From Tubiluchus corallicola (lineage: Eukaryota > Animalia > Priapulida): DNA of 64,000 nt. Positions 51,035 through 62,767 of the stretch are shown here, in pieces; the first letter of the stretch is position 1; the number at the start of each line of letters is the position of its first letter. The position numbers and the translations under genes are program-made. The stretch is taken from positions 248,001 to 312,000 of the forward strand of contig JAQGDQ010002374.1 in NCBI GenBank assembly GCA_030141605.1, read 5' to 3'. A model generated the notes under the pieces. That model was not told the DNA's origin. It ran no database searches and was given only the letters and a program-made list of their open reading frames with translations.

Positions 51035-54000
51035 TCAATCCTCGTCATATTCAAAAGGTTCGGGTGGTTCTGGTTCAGCTTCTTCCTGCTCCACTTTAGG
51101 TCCATGTGCAACAACTTCCTCTATAATTTCCTCTGGTACTTCGGTTTTTAGATTGCGCAACATAATCACTCCTCCGGTAGAGACCGGTTTCAGTGGTCTG
51201 TACCTTGTACCTTCAGGCATGCTAATTACTTTCAACTGTGCCCGCATGACACGAGCCGGATTTGACAACATTTCAAAATTGGGTTCCGGTTCTTTTTTCT
51301 CTTCTAGTTTTTCTACTTCTTCCTCCTTACTTGTGCTTTCCTTGCTTGTCATGGCTTCTTTGTTGGCAGCTTCTTTGCTGGACGACTTGGTCTTGCTCTC
51401 TGCTTTAGCACCCTTCTTTTCTTTTGCATCCTTTTGTTTTGAATCTTTCTCTTTTGAATCCTTCTCTACTTCATCTTTTTTTGGTTCATCTACTTCCATT
51501 TTATCTTGGCTGCGATGACGCTCTCTTTCTAATTCTTTCTTTTTGGCTTTTGCAGTAATACTAAGTATTGCTGTTGAAACTTTCTCCTTCTCTTTTTCTT
51601 TCTTTTCTTCTAGAGGTGGTGGATAAGCATACGTCGACGGCTTTGCACCAGATTTGAACTCAATCTTTGGCATGGCCATGTTTGCATTCAAACCAATGAG
51701 ACAAGTGGGCGTAAATGCTAGAGCCAGAAAATGTGCAAGAGGAAACCAAAACCAGAACTGCAAGAACACTAACATGCCCACAACAGATGTCATGTGTGTG
51801 TGGCCAGTTCTTGACTGTAAAGAAATGGTAGTATTTCGCCCACCAGCATCAAGTATGCCCTGTGCTAATATAGCACCAAATTTAGCCATGACGTCATCAT
51901 GTTTATCATTAATGACTTTGGTGTAAAGTTGTCTGAAGTATGTCACTTTTGGACAGGTAACCTCATTCTGCTGGATCAAAATCAAGGCCGAAGCAATAAG
52001 CACCCCTTGTCGAACGTAGTTTACTGTATCGTTTGCCATGGGTTCTAGCAAAGCAATAGCATCTTTCTGGCCTGTTCCTGCACAAGATATTCCTAATGCT
52101 ATGGCAGCCCCATATCTTACATGTGGATTGTATGATTCTGACAACAAAGAGACTACATTGGGTACTTGTTCTGGAGTCCTAAATAGTAAAAATCCTAAAG
52201 ATTCCACAGCTGCTCGTCGAACATCATCATTTACATCACTAACCGCGACATGCAGTAATCTTCGTATAGCACTGTTATTCCCAGTTCCACAGTATGCCAT
52301 GGCTACTGTATACATGGCTGATCGCCTTAAAATAGGGTCTTTATCTAACGATAGACTTTCAATAAGAGCATCTGCTTCTTCTAAACGCCCGTACATCACT
52401 AAAGCTATTCCAATTGCTAATCCACGAATAATTTTCTCATGCTGCGTTTCTTGTGCATAAGAAACCATGTCCTCGATGGCTGTTGGTGACCTTGAGCCAA
52501 GCATAACGATACCCATAGCTAGCCCAGCGGCCTCACCAGTCACAGCATCGTCTTGCAATAAATTCATCTTCAGCTGATCATAGACATCTTGGCGTGCCGT
52601 GCCCATTGCAGCAAGGCCCAAACCCAGACATGCACCATGGCGAACCATGTCAGTTGTAGCTTCTTTTAGTTGAGTTAATAAATAGTCTATCATTTTACCT
52701 CCATGATTAGCATGAATCAATCCTAGTGCATATAATCCACCCCCTTCAGAATAAGCACTACCAGGGCCAGTTTCTTTAGGCAGGTAAGTTGCCATTAAAC
52801 TCAATGCTTCCTTCTCATGACCCTTGTGAATGACACCTAAACTTGCAGTTGCAGTGAATTTTGCCCAATTCGTGGCTCGTGCTAGCCACTCTAAACTGTC
52901 CCTCAGAAATGTATCACTAGTTGTACCACAATGCATAAAAGAATTGCATATTACTGTCGCTGTATGACAAACTGAATTACGCACAGCATCTTTTGTGTTT
53001 TTCAAAATTAACAAATCTGATTTATTATTTCGTATCAAAAACTGCAAATGAAGACCTATCGAAATTTCTCCGGTGAGAATGGAAGTAAGCTTGTCTAAAC
53101 GGCTTTTTGTTTCTTTATCTTCTTCTGTCTCTGCAGTTTCAACAGCATCTACTGTTTCTTTGCGTTCCTCGGATTTCTCATCTGTCTCCATTTCCTCGTC
53201 TTCAGTTGCAACTTCGGATCCAGGCAGCGCTACAGTGCCACGCAAAGCTTGGTGAACTCGATTGAGAAATTCTTGTGTAGCACTTTCGTACAAGTCAAAA
53301 GCAATTTGATAAGCAAGCAGCGTCCCGTTGTCAGTTTCCTTCACAAGTTTTGTCAATATTTCTGCAACAGAAACCGGATCATCAAGAAATATCAAACATT
53401 GGCATACACTTATATAGTCTGGAGTTTTCAAACCACTGTACAGTTCTACCAGAACTCTTAAGACAGTGTTGCGAAAATGGCGATTAGGTATCAATGTCAT
53501 GCATACTCCAAGGGCATACGATAACATGCCAGATACATCGTTAGATTTATTTATGGCATCCTGAAACACGTCAAGACGACGAGTTTCCAGGGCAATTCCT
53601 ACCGCTTGTTTGTATTTACCATCATCAAAGCATCTCTGAAACATTTTGTTGACAACAGCCTCTAGCCGTGAATCGATTTCTACCTGTTCACTTGTTTCTG
53701 CATTTTGAACTCGTAGTTTTGTATAGTGATCAATACATTTGGCTATAATTGTTTCCACATACTCTGACGATGAATTAACATCAAACAATGCTGCTGCTCC
53801 AAGTGCGTACGTTAACGAGTCTTCAAAAGACCCGAGATGATAATAAACTTTGGATGCAACCAGTGCAGCCAAATTTCGATGTTTAAAAGCATCATCTTCA
53901 TACAACACTTCTATTTTTGTAATCACTTCGGATATTTCTGCCCAGAAATCACTAACGAGTATATTCAACTTCTGGAGGGCATAGAGCTTCAGGTCTGCCT

Positions 54001-54046
54001 CTTTTTCATCCAGCAATGAAATGATCCCAGCAGCAGAAGTGATCAT
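51035..54046 (-). CDS. PSMD1: 26S proteasome non-ATPase regulatory subunit 1 (Rpn2), 1003 aa, single coding exon
   Basis: Uninterrupted ORF. The true start is ATG 54046 ([14 protein letters not shown], the conserved Rpn2 N-terminus), not GTG 54061. PC-repeat toroid ([53 protein letters not shown]) and the C-terminal Rpn13-binding tail [13 protein letters not shown] are present. Confidence 0.97.
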   Translation of the reverse strand: MITSAAGIISLLDEKEADLKLYALQKLNILVSDFWAEISEVITKIEVLYEDDAFKHRNLAALVASKVYYHLGSFEDSLTYALGAAALFDVNSSSEYVETIIAKCIDHYTKLRVQNAETSEQVEIDSRLEAVVNKMFQRCFDDGKYKQAVGIALETRRLDVFQDAINKSNDVSGMLSYALGVCMTLIPNRHFRNTVLRVLVELYSGLKTPDYISVCQCLIFLDDPVSVAEILTKLVKETDNGTLLAYQIAFDLYESATQEFLNRVHQALRGTVALPGSEVATEDEEMETDEKSEERKETVDAVETAETEEDKETKSRLDKLTSILTGEISIGLHLQFLIRNNKSDLLILKNTKDAVRNSVCHTATVICNSFMHCGTTSDTFLRDSLEWLARATNWAKFTATASLGVIHKGHEKEALSLMATYLPKETGPGSAYSEGGGLYALGLIHANHGGKMIDYLLTQLKEATTDMVRHGACLGLGLAAMGTARQDVYDQLKMNLLQDDAVTGEAAGLAMGIVMLGSRSPTAIEDMVSYAQETQHEKIIRGLAIGIALVMYGRLEEADALIESLSLDKDPILRRSAMYTVAMAYCGTGNNSAIRRLLHVAVSDVNDDVRRAAVESLGFLLFRTPEQVPNVVSLLSESYNPHVRYGAAIALGISCAGTGQKDAIALLEPMANDTVNYVRQGVLIASALILIQQNEVTCPKVTYFRQLYTKVINDKHDDVMAKFGAILAQGILDAGGRNTTISLQSRTGHTHMTSVVGMLVFLQFWFWFPLAHFLALAFTPTCLIGLNANMAMPKIEFKSGAKPSTYAYPPPLEEKKEKEKEKVSTAILSITAKAKKKELERERHRSQDKMEVDEPKKDEVEKDSKEKDSKQKDAKEKKGAKAESKTKSSSKEAANKEAMTSKESTSKEEEVEKLEEKKEPEPNFEMLSNPARVMRAQLKVISMPEGTRYRPLKPVSTGGVIMLRNLKTEVPEEIIEEVVAHGPKVEQEEAEPEPPEPFEYDED

Positions 54047-54086
54047 GATGACAAAGTCCACTTAGCTGAAAATTCTATTTGCAAAC

Positions 54087-54995
54087 CTACAAAAAACAAG
54101 AAAATTACATATAATAAATGCCTGTGTGTCTGTATATTTCATATTATGTACACTTTGAAAAAGGAAGTAAGAGACTGATATAAACACATAGTTACTAAGA
54201 TAAAAATCTTTCTATATTAGTGGGAAACTATTTAGCCTTGTGTTCGAAAGGATGGCACTTGTTCTTTTGAATTCAAGAACAAACTCTCTTTCAAGTATAG
54301 AAGCGGCATTGTGAACAACAATTATCTTTAAATACTCTAGGTATAGGAAAAATGTGTTTCAATTTCTTCAAGGTTTCATTCTACCTTCCAAACACATACT
54401 TCCCACTTTACTTAACTAATGAGAAAAACTGCTTACACAATGAAAAATCAACACTAAATAGAAAAGAACTACAAAAAAAACAACAAGTTTTACAGTTTTT
54501 CATCAAGCGCCTTTGTTAGCTACATGCAGCAACAAAACGCATTGCTTCACAGCTTAATAATACGTTATACTGTTTTATTTAATTTGGTCTTTGAAACTGT
54601 GTGATTGTCAGTTATATTTATTTTTGTTGATCATGTGAGCAACATAATAAACAACCAAAACATCGTATGCATGTATTATACATGTGTTTCGTTAAATATG
54701 TTTAAGATACACTAACACTTAAGGGTGACAGAAGGGAAGTCAGTGAACACATTTTACGATTACATATGATGCGAGAAGCTATCAGCTGTAATACATACAT
54801 CTACCATCAAATGCCAAAATAATGAAGTAAGGATCTGAAATAAATTTAGATCTAACGATGACCAGGAACACAAGGGTTAAGTACGACAGGAGAAAACGGA
54901 CAGTATTTTAATTTCAAACTTATATTATACAGCAGTAATTTACAGTTTTTACTATTAGCAATTCTATATTAAAACATCTACGCAATTAATTTTAC
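54087..54995 (-). other. 5' UTR intron of PSMD1 (non-coding first exon at about 54996-55110)
   Basis: Minus-strand donor GGAAAG|GTAAAA at 54995 and acceptor TTTTTTGTAG|G at 54087, 40 nt upstream of the ATG. Confidence 0.55.
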
Positions 54996-56863
54996 CTTTC
55001 CTCGCACTCAGCGTTCGTCAAAGCACTCTAACAAGAATTTAGCCACGATAAGCTTTCACAAATATGGAAAAACAAAAGAAAAATCCACATGTATCTCAAA
55101 TTTTCGCCGCAGCTTTTACGCTGTGTCACGCGTACTACTTTCGGAAGTACAGATCGTTACGCTGAACATTAACTTGATAATACAAAATTGTAACCTTTGA
55201 TACAATTTGATACCTTATGATACCTTAAAAGTGTATGAGGGAATAAATTGGTGTCAGTTAGTCACTTTTTAAGCAACATTTAAAAAATTTGTTATGTACA
55301 CCAGTAGGCAAGTGCAAAAGTCCGCAGCTAGCGCATTATTAATTACTTTTGGTACTTAGCCGGAATTTTGCAAAAACGTTTTGAAAAAGAGGGAACCGCA
55401 ATTATTGTGCGACTATTCACGACCAGTTATGATAAATCTCGTTATATTAAAATATTAAACTGGTGTGACACAGATTTATAATAATTATTATTAATCTTCT
55501 ACTAGAAGATGTTGGATGAATCAAGATTAGTGTGGAAGCAGAAGTGGCTCAGAGCAGCATGCTCATTTTGTATGTCCTAGTTGCAGTTGGATTAATTCTA
55601 CAGCTGGAAAACGTAAAGCATTAAAGTACACTATAATGTAATCTTAATTAAAAAAAATTAAGCTTACACAATTTTCGTTACTACTTCTTATTCACTGCCT
55701 CTAAATTCTTAACTTCACCTGTTCTTGGCTTTTGTTATGGCACTGTTGTTTTTGGCTATTGTTATAGCACAGTTGATATGAATCGATTTCACAAATACTT
55801 GACGATCTTTAATTTTCTTTTCTCGCTGTCTAGACATCGCCATATCTGTTTGCTAGTACATTGAGTAGTAATGCAAAATGATGTTTGATCGTTAATGATT
55901 TTACGTAGCCATGTAGTTCTGCTTCTAGTTGAATAACATGGCTAGTCATCTACACTCAACTTGTTCCACTGTGGGGTTGTGCGGGGGGAGGGCGTAGTGA
56001 AAGGTTATGTGGTGAAGATGTGCTTAAAAACAGATACGGATTTGCTGGAATTACGTATGAGGATTGGAGTGACTAGATCCTCAGTTAACTCTCAACATCA
56101 TCATCAACACCATACAGATCGACGCTGTCCTTTCTTTGATATTCAAATATTCACCTTTGGTATGCATTCATTACTATATTATTGCTATGTGTCTAGATTG
56201 CCTACTGTAATAATACTGTTGTTGAAAACGAACTTGAGTCCTTGTCTCTTCATCTTGTCTGTAGGTATGTTGTTGCCCTGTGGGAAATAAATAACCCAAA
56301 TGTCTCCAAGTACTGTACACCACATAATTAGAGTGATGTATTTTTTTTTGATTAAGAGAGTACTCGAGGCTGCATCGTTGCTGTTACTACCTTCTTTGCT
56401 CTGATACCACTATGCTTCACTATGTTATGTCGAGATACATTGCCTGATTGGCTGTGATTTGCAGGCCTAATTGTGTTGTACGCAGCTCGTATGTGTGTGA
56501 AAGTGGTGGCCTTGTTCTGCAACTTAGCATTCCTTTAGCAACGGAGATTGCACAACCCAACAAGAGAAAGACAACAAGCCAAAGCGAGGGAAAATATCAA
56601 TATTGGCCTGAGTGTGTTGCACTGTACACTATTACACTTTTGAATTTTCGCAGCATTATTGTAACAACAGTCAATTTAGGCACATGCCACATCTGGGTGT
56701 TACGGCAAAGCATAGGCAAAAGCTATTATAATAAAGGATTCAGAGCAAAATCTTGACATTTTTATTTTACATCCCATGCACCTGATTAATAGCATCCTTA
56801 TAATATCCTGTAATTATACTAAAATATGGGATATAATACACATATCCCATATCTCATATTATA

Positions 56864-57046
56864 ATGTTTAATTATTCATATGTTAATAACCTGTGAATAC
56901 AGAAGAAAAGCCAATTTTTAACTAATCAGGAAATAGCAAGAATGGCCAGTTAGGAAGCATTCAACCAGGCACGCATGCATTGAAATAGATAGATTGAAAC
57001 TGACATACACACACGCGCGCGCACACGCACACGCACACGCACACGC

Positions 57047-57092
<46 letters not shown>

Positions 57093-57240
57093 CTTTATAT
57101 GTATTATGCCAATTAAAATGCTTAATCATTCATATGTTAATAATATGTGAATACAGAAGAGAAGTGAAACCACTTTCCAACTAATCAGGAAATAACAAGA
57201 GTGGCCAATTAGGAAGCATTTAACCAGGCAAGCATGCATT
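56864..57240. repeat. About 120-bp direct repeat pair flanking a (CA)n/(CACACG)n microsatellite
   Basis: Copies at about 56864-56981 and 57118-57240 (ATTCATATGTTAATAA...ACTAATCAGGAAATA...TAGGAAGCATT...GCATGCATT); microsatellite at 57007-57091. Confidence 0.85.
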
Positions 57241-59334
57241 CACATGGAAATGGTTTACCTCAGAGGGAGCTGGAGGGTGATGAGCAGACACTGGATGATA
57301 CTATAATATTAGAAAATTGAAAGGAAGCCTTTAATTTAAATTTTAATTTCAGTACCAGTTTAATTGTTCTTGTTTATATGACGTGCTACATTTATTAATA
57401 AGTCATACTTGCTTTGTTCCATGTCTATGGTTTTAAAATTTTCCATTGTTATGGTTTCTCTACCGTATGTTTTTTATTCTACTTGTGAATAAAAAACAGA
57501 AAACAGTGTTTTCAGAATCTACAGAATCTACTGTTTTCTGCTTTTCAATAAAAAAAATCTATAAACTAAAAACAAGTAGAAAAAGGCAAAGTGCTTTAAA
57601 CTACCACTGTAGTTTCTCTTTTAGCGAACAAAAAAAGGACAAGAAAAAAGAAGAAAATCACAAGGAATTACCAGAACTGGTAGTGAACAAATTTTTGTAG
57701 GGCGTTTTTAGTTTACAGTATAATTATTGTAAAATTACTGTTCTAGTATAATATTAACTTTAGTTTACATTATTAACACATAAAAAGGATATCACATTGA
57801 AAAGGATACAGACACATATTAATTAACGTTTTATACTTTCATTGTTTTTGCCTTGTGTTCGTCTCTGCTTTGCTGCTGTGCTTTTTTTCTAGGTGCCTGT
57901 ATCATTAACTAAAAAACAGTTAAGTAGCTGTAGCATTCTTTGTGATTTTTCAAGCTCACTTCTTATTGTCCTTTCTTTTGTTTACCTGAAGAAAAACTAA
58001 TTGGTAGGTCGGAACGTTGCGCCCTTTCTTTCTTTTTTCCCTGTGTTCAGAGATCCTTGGCATTTCGTCATACCAATGTATTATTTAACCACAATGTATT
58101 CTTGTAGTTAAATTCATAAACAACAAAGCTGCACTCGTGCTCCTGGATAGCAATACTTTTGTCTTTGATGCGTAAGTGTGAAAATAAAATTACTGGAGCT
58201 GTCAAATCCTGGACGATAGATGTTAACCTCAAATATTTTTACTGATTTTAATTAATCGTCTATTGTCCAGAAAGGACATTCTGCTAAGAAGAAAAAGATC
58301 ATGTATTATTACATTAGAAGTATTGTTTACAGCTCTCAAGAGAGAGTTCTCTATAGGTCACTGATTTTATGTAGCCAGGCCTTGGCTATGATTAGTCTTG
58401 CATTGTTTCCTAAATATTGCTGGTTAGCTGATAAATTGCGCAACAACACATTCTGTGGTATTTTGTAGGTGAGATTGGCATATCACTACTCTGCCCATAG
58501 TCTAGTAAGTCACAGGTTCCAGATTCTGGTTCAGTGGGACTGTAATATAGCTTGATACCAAGGCTCTCAGATGAGATGCTGAAGCAGTAAAGGTGTCTTA
58601 ATCATGTCTTTAATTCAACGAGATAAATTCGGTAAATGCCACCCAGAGAAAGCACTAAACCTTACAGTCTCACACCATTCTCTGATCAGCTTTGCCAGTT
58701 GTTAACTTTGGTCGTTATTCAACGCAATACCGTAACCACTCGGCTGTTCTTTTTCCAAAAAAAAACCGTGTCCATTACTATTAATACTAAATAGCAATGA
58801 ATTAATGATTAGTTTACTACGGCTCGCAATATAATCACACCTTAGACCTATAGTATGTAAACATTATGTTTGCCATTTTTACCGTGTTTCCGGCGTTGGT
58901 GCTTAATATCAGTGTGAGAGACTTAATATTTACTTCTAACGTGACATCCTGCCTTGATAACATCTTGCGATCGCTATTAATAGTTTCATGTGCCATATTC
59001 ACGAGGCTAAAGATTTTGAAGCTGCTTGTGGCCCATCTATGCTATGCTGTAAGCCTGACAATTGTAAACATGTAATGATAAACGTTATTGTTTGCAATTT
59101 AACGTAATATTTCCGGCGATGGCGCAGTCAGAATAACGTTGCGAATAAAATATCGCCACGTTATATTTGTGTTGTATACGTGATACACCATGTAAACACC
59201 ATCGTCAGCCATAAATTTTCTTCATTCGGTCGATAACATTTATCAGTAAATTTAGCTTCCTGTGGGACTGCGTTGAAGCTTCTAAAGTAGGCGGAATATA
59301 ATTGCAGGTGTGTCAGTATTTTTCACCGGTACTA

Positions 59335-59690
59335 GCAAATAAAAAAGGAAATATGGCAACCTAGTAGTCCGGGGCGAGCAACAGCCGAGTGTAAAGGCGT
59401 GTGCTAGCAATGAGAGTTAAACAACACAGGAGTGGTTAGTAAATAAGTGCTTAACTGTACGCAGGAAAATTTCTTTTGGGCAGTTTTGTTTTGTTGTATG
59501 CAGCAAAATAAATAGAAACGAAAAGGGAAATATGGCACAACCTAGTAGTCTGGGGCGTGTAACAGCTGAGTGGTAATGGCGTGTGCCTAGCAACCGAACT
59601 TAAGCAACATGGACCGGTCAGTAAATGGTTGCTTGACTGTCGTATGTCGGTAGGAAAATTCATTTTGGGCAGTTTTATTTTGTTGTATGC
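59335..59690. repeat. Tandem duplication, two diverged units of about 180 bp
   Basis: GGAAATATGGCA..ACCTAGTAGTC.GGGGCG ... AGGAAAATT..TTTTGGGCAGTTTT.TTTTGTTGTATGC occurs twice. Confidence 0.8.
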
Positions 59691-59792
59691 GCGTTACTGT
59701 ACATAGGTATGTATACAGTACATATGTTATGACAGATAAATAACATTACTAATTGCTGTGTTTCTTTCTGTAGAGAAAACAAGAAAACACGT

Positions 59793-60122
59793 TGTCAAAT
59801 TAAACTGGTTTATTGTGTGAGATTTCCACAACGCAAAATATGAAGGAATGCAAAATATGTACAGTCAAATGATAGGAAAATAGCATTCGATAATCTGGGA
59901 ATCTGAGATAAATCTGAGAATCTGAGAATAAACTCGAGCGGCCAGCTCCGCCTTATATACTAATGCAAATGGACAACACCAGAACAATCTAGAAACTACT
60001 ACACGCATCGCGTATAGAAAGTTCTAGAATCTACGATTGCTTCTACAAGGTAAAAAGATTGTTCTACTATACTATAAAACATTCTACAATTTTCTATTCA
60101 ATTCTAATGGATCTCCATAACA
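59793..60122 (-). mobile_element. Probable solo LTR of an LTR retrotransposon
   Basis: On the minus strand it starts TGTTATG and ends near ...GACA. It carries, in order, nGAAn-rich U3-like sequence, TATATAAGG (59959-59951) and AATAAA (about 59814-59809) close to the 3' end. No clear TSD. Confidence 0.55.
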
Positions 60123-62094
60123 CTAATGCATTTATAAATAATAATTTATAAAAAGAATTATCATTTATTTTTTGCAAGCAATTAAACAGTCGTACAATGA
60201 CAAATGAGATAACTTAGTTACTGTAAATCTTTGAAACTCCTTACCAACGATTAGAGCTGCTAAATGCGATTTTCACACATTTCAGTGTAAAGGATCAAAA
60301 GCGTCGAATGATTTAAAAATTGATGCAAGAATTTCCTCCACGCTTAATATCTTTGTAAATAAAATAAGAAATTAGTGATTTATTTTTATCTTTCATGTGC
60401 TGGTTTGAAATATTTGTAGTAATTCTGTAGTTTTACTTATAGTAATTCCGTAATTTTACTTGTAAGTCTGCTTCCGGAGATTCACCTTTTAACGTCTGTG
60501 AGATAATTTGATTTTGTACTGCAATGTACTGCATTAGTTATTTTTATTGAACTAGCGACTTTATTTTCAGCTGATTGTCTTGATATCGCAATGAGTCCTC
60601 GCCCTTGTTTGATTGGTTGCTTTCCGGGTCGGTTTGTTCCCTCGTATTTCGGATGTCAAGTCTTCTGGATTCAATGCTAGGATGATGAAAAACTTTCTAC
60701 AGATGCTGTCCGTTTGTGTCCGTTTACCTGCTGAATCAATGAGGCCATTCGATGTCAGTGATTTTATACCTGGTATACAATGCTGATGTGCATAATTAAG
60801 AGGAATTTTAAACTGCTAATGAGAAAATAAATTGAATTGAATTGAATTGAAATTGATGTGCAATGGCTTCATAATGGATCGAACTATTATTTCATTTCTC
60901 GCTGGGATGAATTTGTCCTGTCAGCCATAAGAAATGGTAACACTGGTTGCCCGTGTCAGAATGCTTATCTATGACATGCCAGTACTGTATATATCGTGTA
61001 AGAAATAAATATTAATATCTGCATCACTAACAAATACTAAATTTTATTCACCAAATTATATTATCTCGATGTTGCGCTCATCGACTGGTATTTTATTGCG
61101 CGTATTTTTTTCAGGAAAGCTAAGACTAGGTCAGAGGTAAAGAGAGAGACCTGAGATTCCTATTTCTGAATTTATCAACATGACAGCTTGCAAACTGATG
61201 CAAAGTTTTTTATGCTAGGTCGTATTATATGTACTGATATTTTTTCAAATTTTATAATAATATTAAGCTTTAAAATATGTTTTTTTCTATGTTACAGTGC
61301 GCATATGTAATGCAATTTTGCGCTGATACATTTGGCTTGAACAATAAATTTTATCTCAGTGTGTGGTTGTGTATCTCAGTCTACCTCATACACCAAAGCA
61401 TCAAGACTACTGAGCACTTTCTTATATTATTTGTTTTAAAAATGACATGTTTGCATATTATCATGATTAAAATTATAAAATCTTAATCAAGGCATGTAGA
61501 TTGGGCGATAGAGCCGGATTTTCCAAGGGCATAATAAGTCACTGGCCCTAGGGCCCACGGGTACCTGGTGTCCCACTGAAACTAATTTGTCATCCACCGT
61601 GCCTGTAAATAACTCTTGTTTCAAATCTACACCGGTTATTTCATTGTATGATATATTCGAAACCATAAGGGCCCCTGTACAATAAGTACAGTGCTCGGAG
61701 AATGGGGCCTCTGCACGATAAGTACAATTTAGGGCCCATTGATTTGTTGGCCTAAGGCCCACAAATAGGTACATCCCGCTCCGATGGGAGAAACTGAAGG
61801 ATTGGACCCAGGCACAAGACGGTCAGTAACGCAGTATAAAACGTTTTAGTTGGTTTAGGTTCGTTTGCCAGAAGTTTTTTTCACAGAAAAACCATTTCCG
61901 AGAAACAGTAACTTCCCAGAAAAGATATTTGCCAGAAAAAACTTTTTGCCAGAAAACTTTTTTCCCGGAAAATATTTTCCCCAGAAACCTCGTTTCACAG
62001 AAAAAGCATTTACCAGAAAGATTTCTTAACAGGAAAATCACGGTTACTTTTTAACTGCTAAAAGTTTGCTGTCTTAGTGGAATAAAGCTTTCGA

Positions 62095-62220
62095 TTTCTC
62101 TTTCTCTGTCTGGTTCTCCCTTGTAGTTCTTTCCCATTTCCCATCTTATCCCTCTCATCTTCTCCCTCTTTTCATCTCCCTCTTTTCTTCACTTTCTCCC
62201 CCGTTCTATCGCCCTTATTC

Positions 62221-62266
<46 letters not shown>

Positions 62267-62340
62267 GTCTTTCCCTTTGTCTTTGTCTCTTTCCCTCCCT
62301 TTCTTCTCTCTTTCCATCTCACTTCTCAGCCCGCCCTCTC
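62095..62340. repeat. Polypyrimidine tract with (CT)n microsatellite
   Basis: (CT)n at about 62228-62258 inside a long C/T-rich tract. Confidence 0.85.
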
Positions 62341-62343
62341 AAT

Positions 62344-62767
62344 TGAATTTGAAGTGATTATGTGTAGCAAATGATACAATGCAAATTATGCTGAGAAAGC
62401 AGTTTCTTATTCGTATTCGTATTCTCTCACCCGTTTTGTTCTTTCCCTACCCGGCATCCCTCCCTTTCCCTTTCTCTCTGTCATCCCCTCACTTTTTCAC
62501 TCTTTGTATCTCCTCCCTCTCTCTCTTTCGGGTTTTCTCTTTCTGTTCTTCTTTAGTTATCTACAGGGCTTTGATTAATGACTAACAAAAATCAGATTCA
62601 TTTCAAATAACGTATTGTTTAGGGTCAATCTTGTTTTTTTGTATTTCGTTTTGGGTTTGTTTTGAAAATTCATTGCTACAATTTAAGATTACTACTTTTT
62701 AGGATGAAACTTTTCTCTCGGCGTAATTTGCATTGTATCACATGCTGCACATAATCACTTTAATTCA
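62344..62767. mobile_element. Nested MITE defined by an approximately 52-bp inverted repeat
   Basis: 62344-62396 (TGAATTTGAAGTGATTATGTGTAGCAAATGATACAATGCAAATTATGCTGAGA) is the reverse complement, with few mismatches, of 62716-62767. Confidence 0.6.

Noticed and set aside
50775-53461. Plus-strand ORFs (247, 140, 90 aa and others) overlapping PSMD1
   Set aside because: Antisense shadows of the PSMD1 coding strand; Ser/Phe-rich mirror of the Lys/Glu tract, with no recognisable domain.
54047-54061. ORF-track start at GTG 54061 (MDFVI extension)
   Set aside because: Eukaryotic gene; the conserved N-terminus MITSAAG begins at ATG 54046.
61488-61790. GC-rich patch with repeated GGGCCC and a 95-aa ORF
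   Set aside because: Looks like a degenerate MITE; TIR/TSD could not be defined and the ORF has no recognisable domain.
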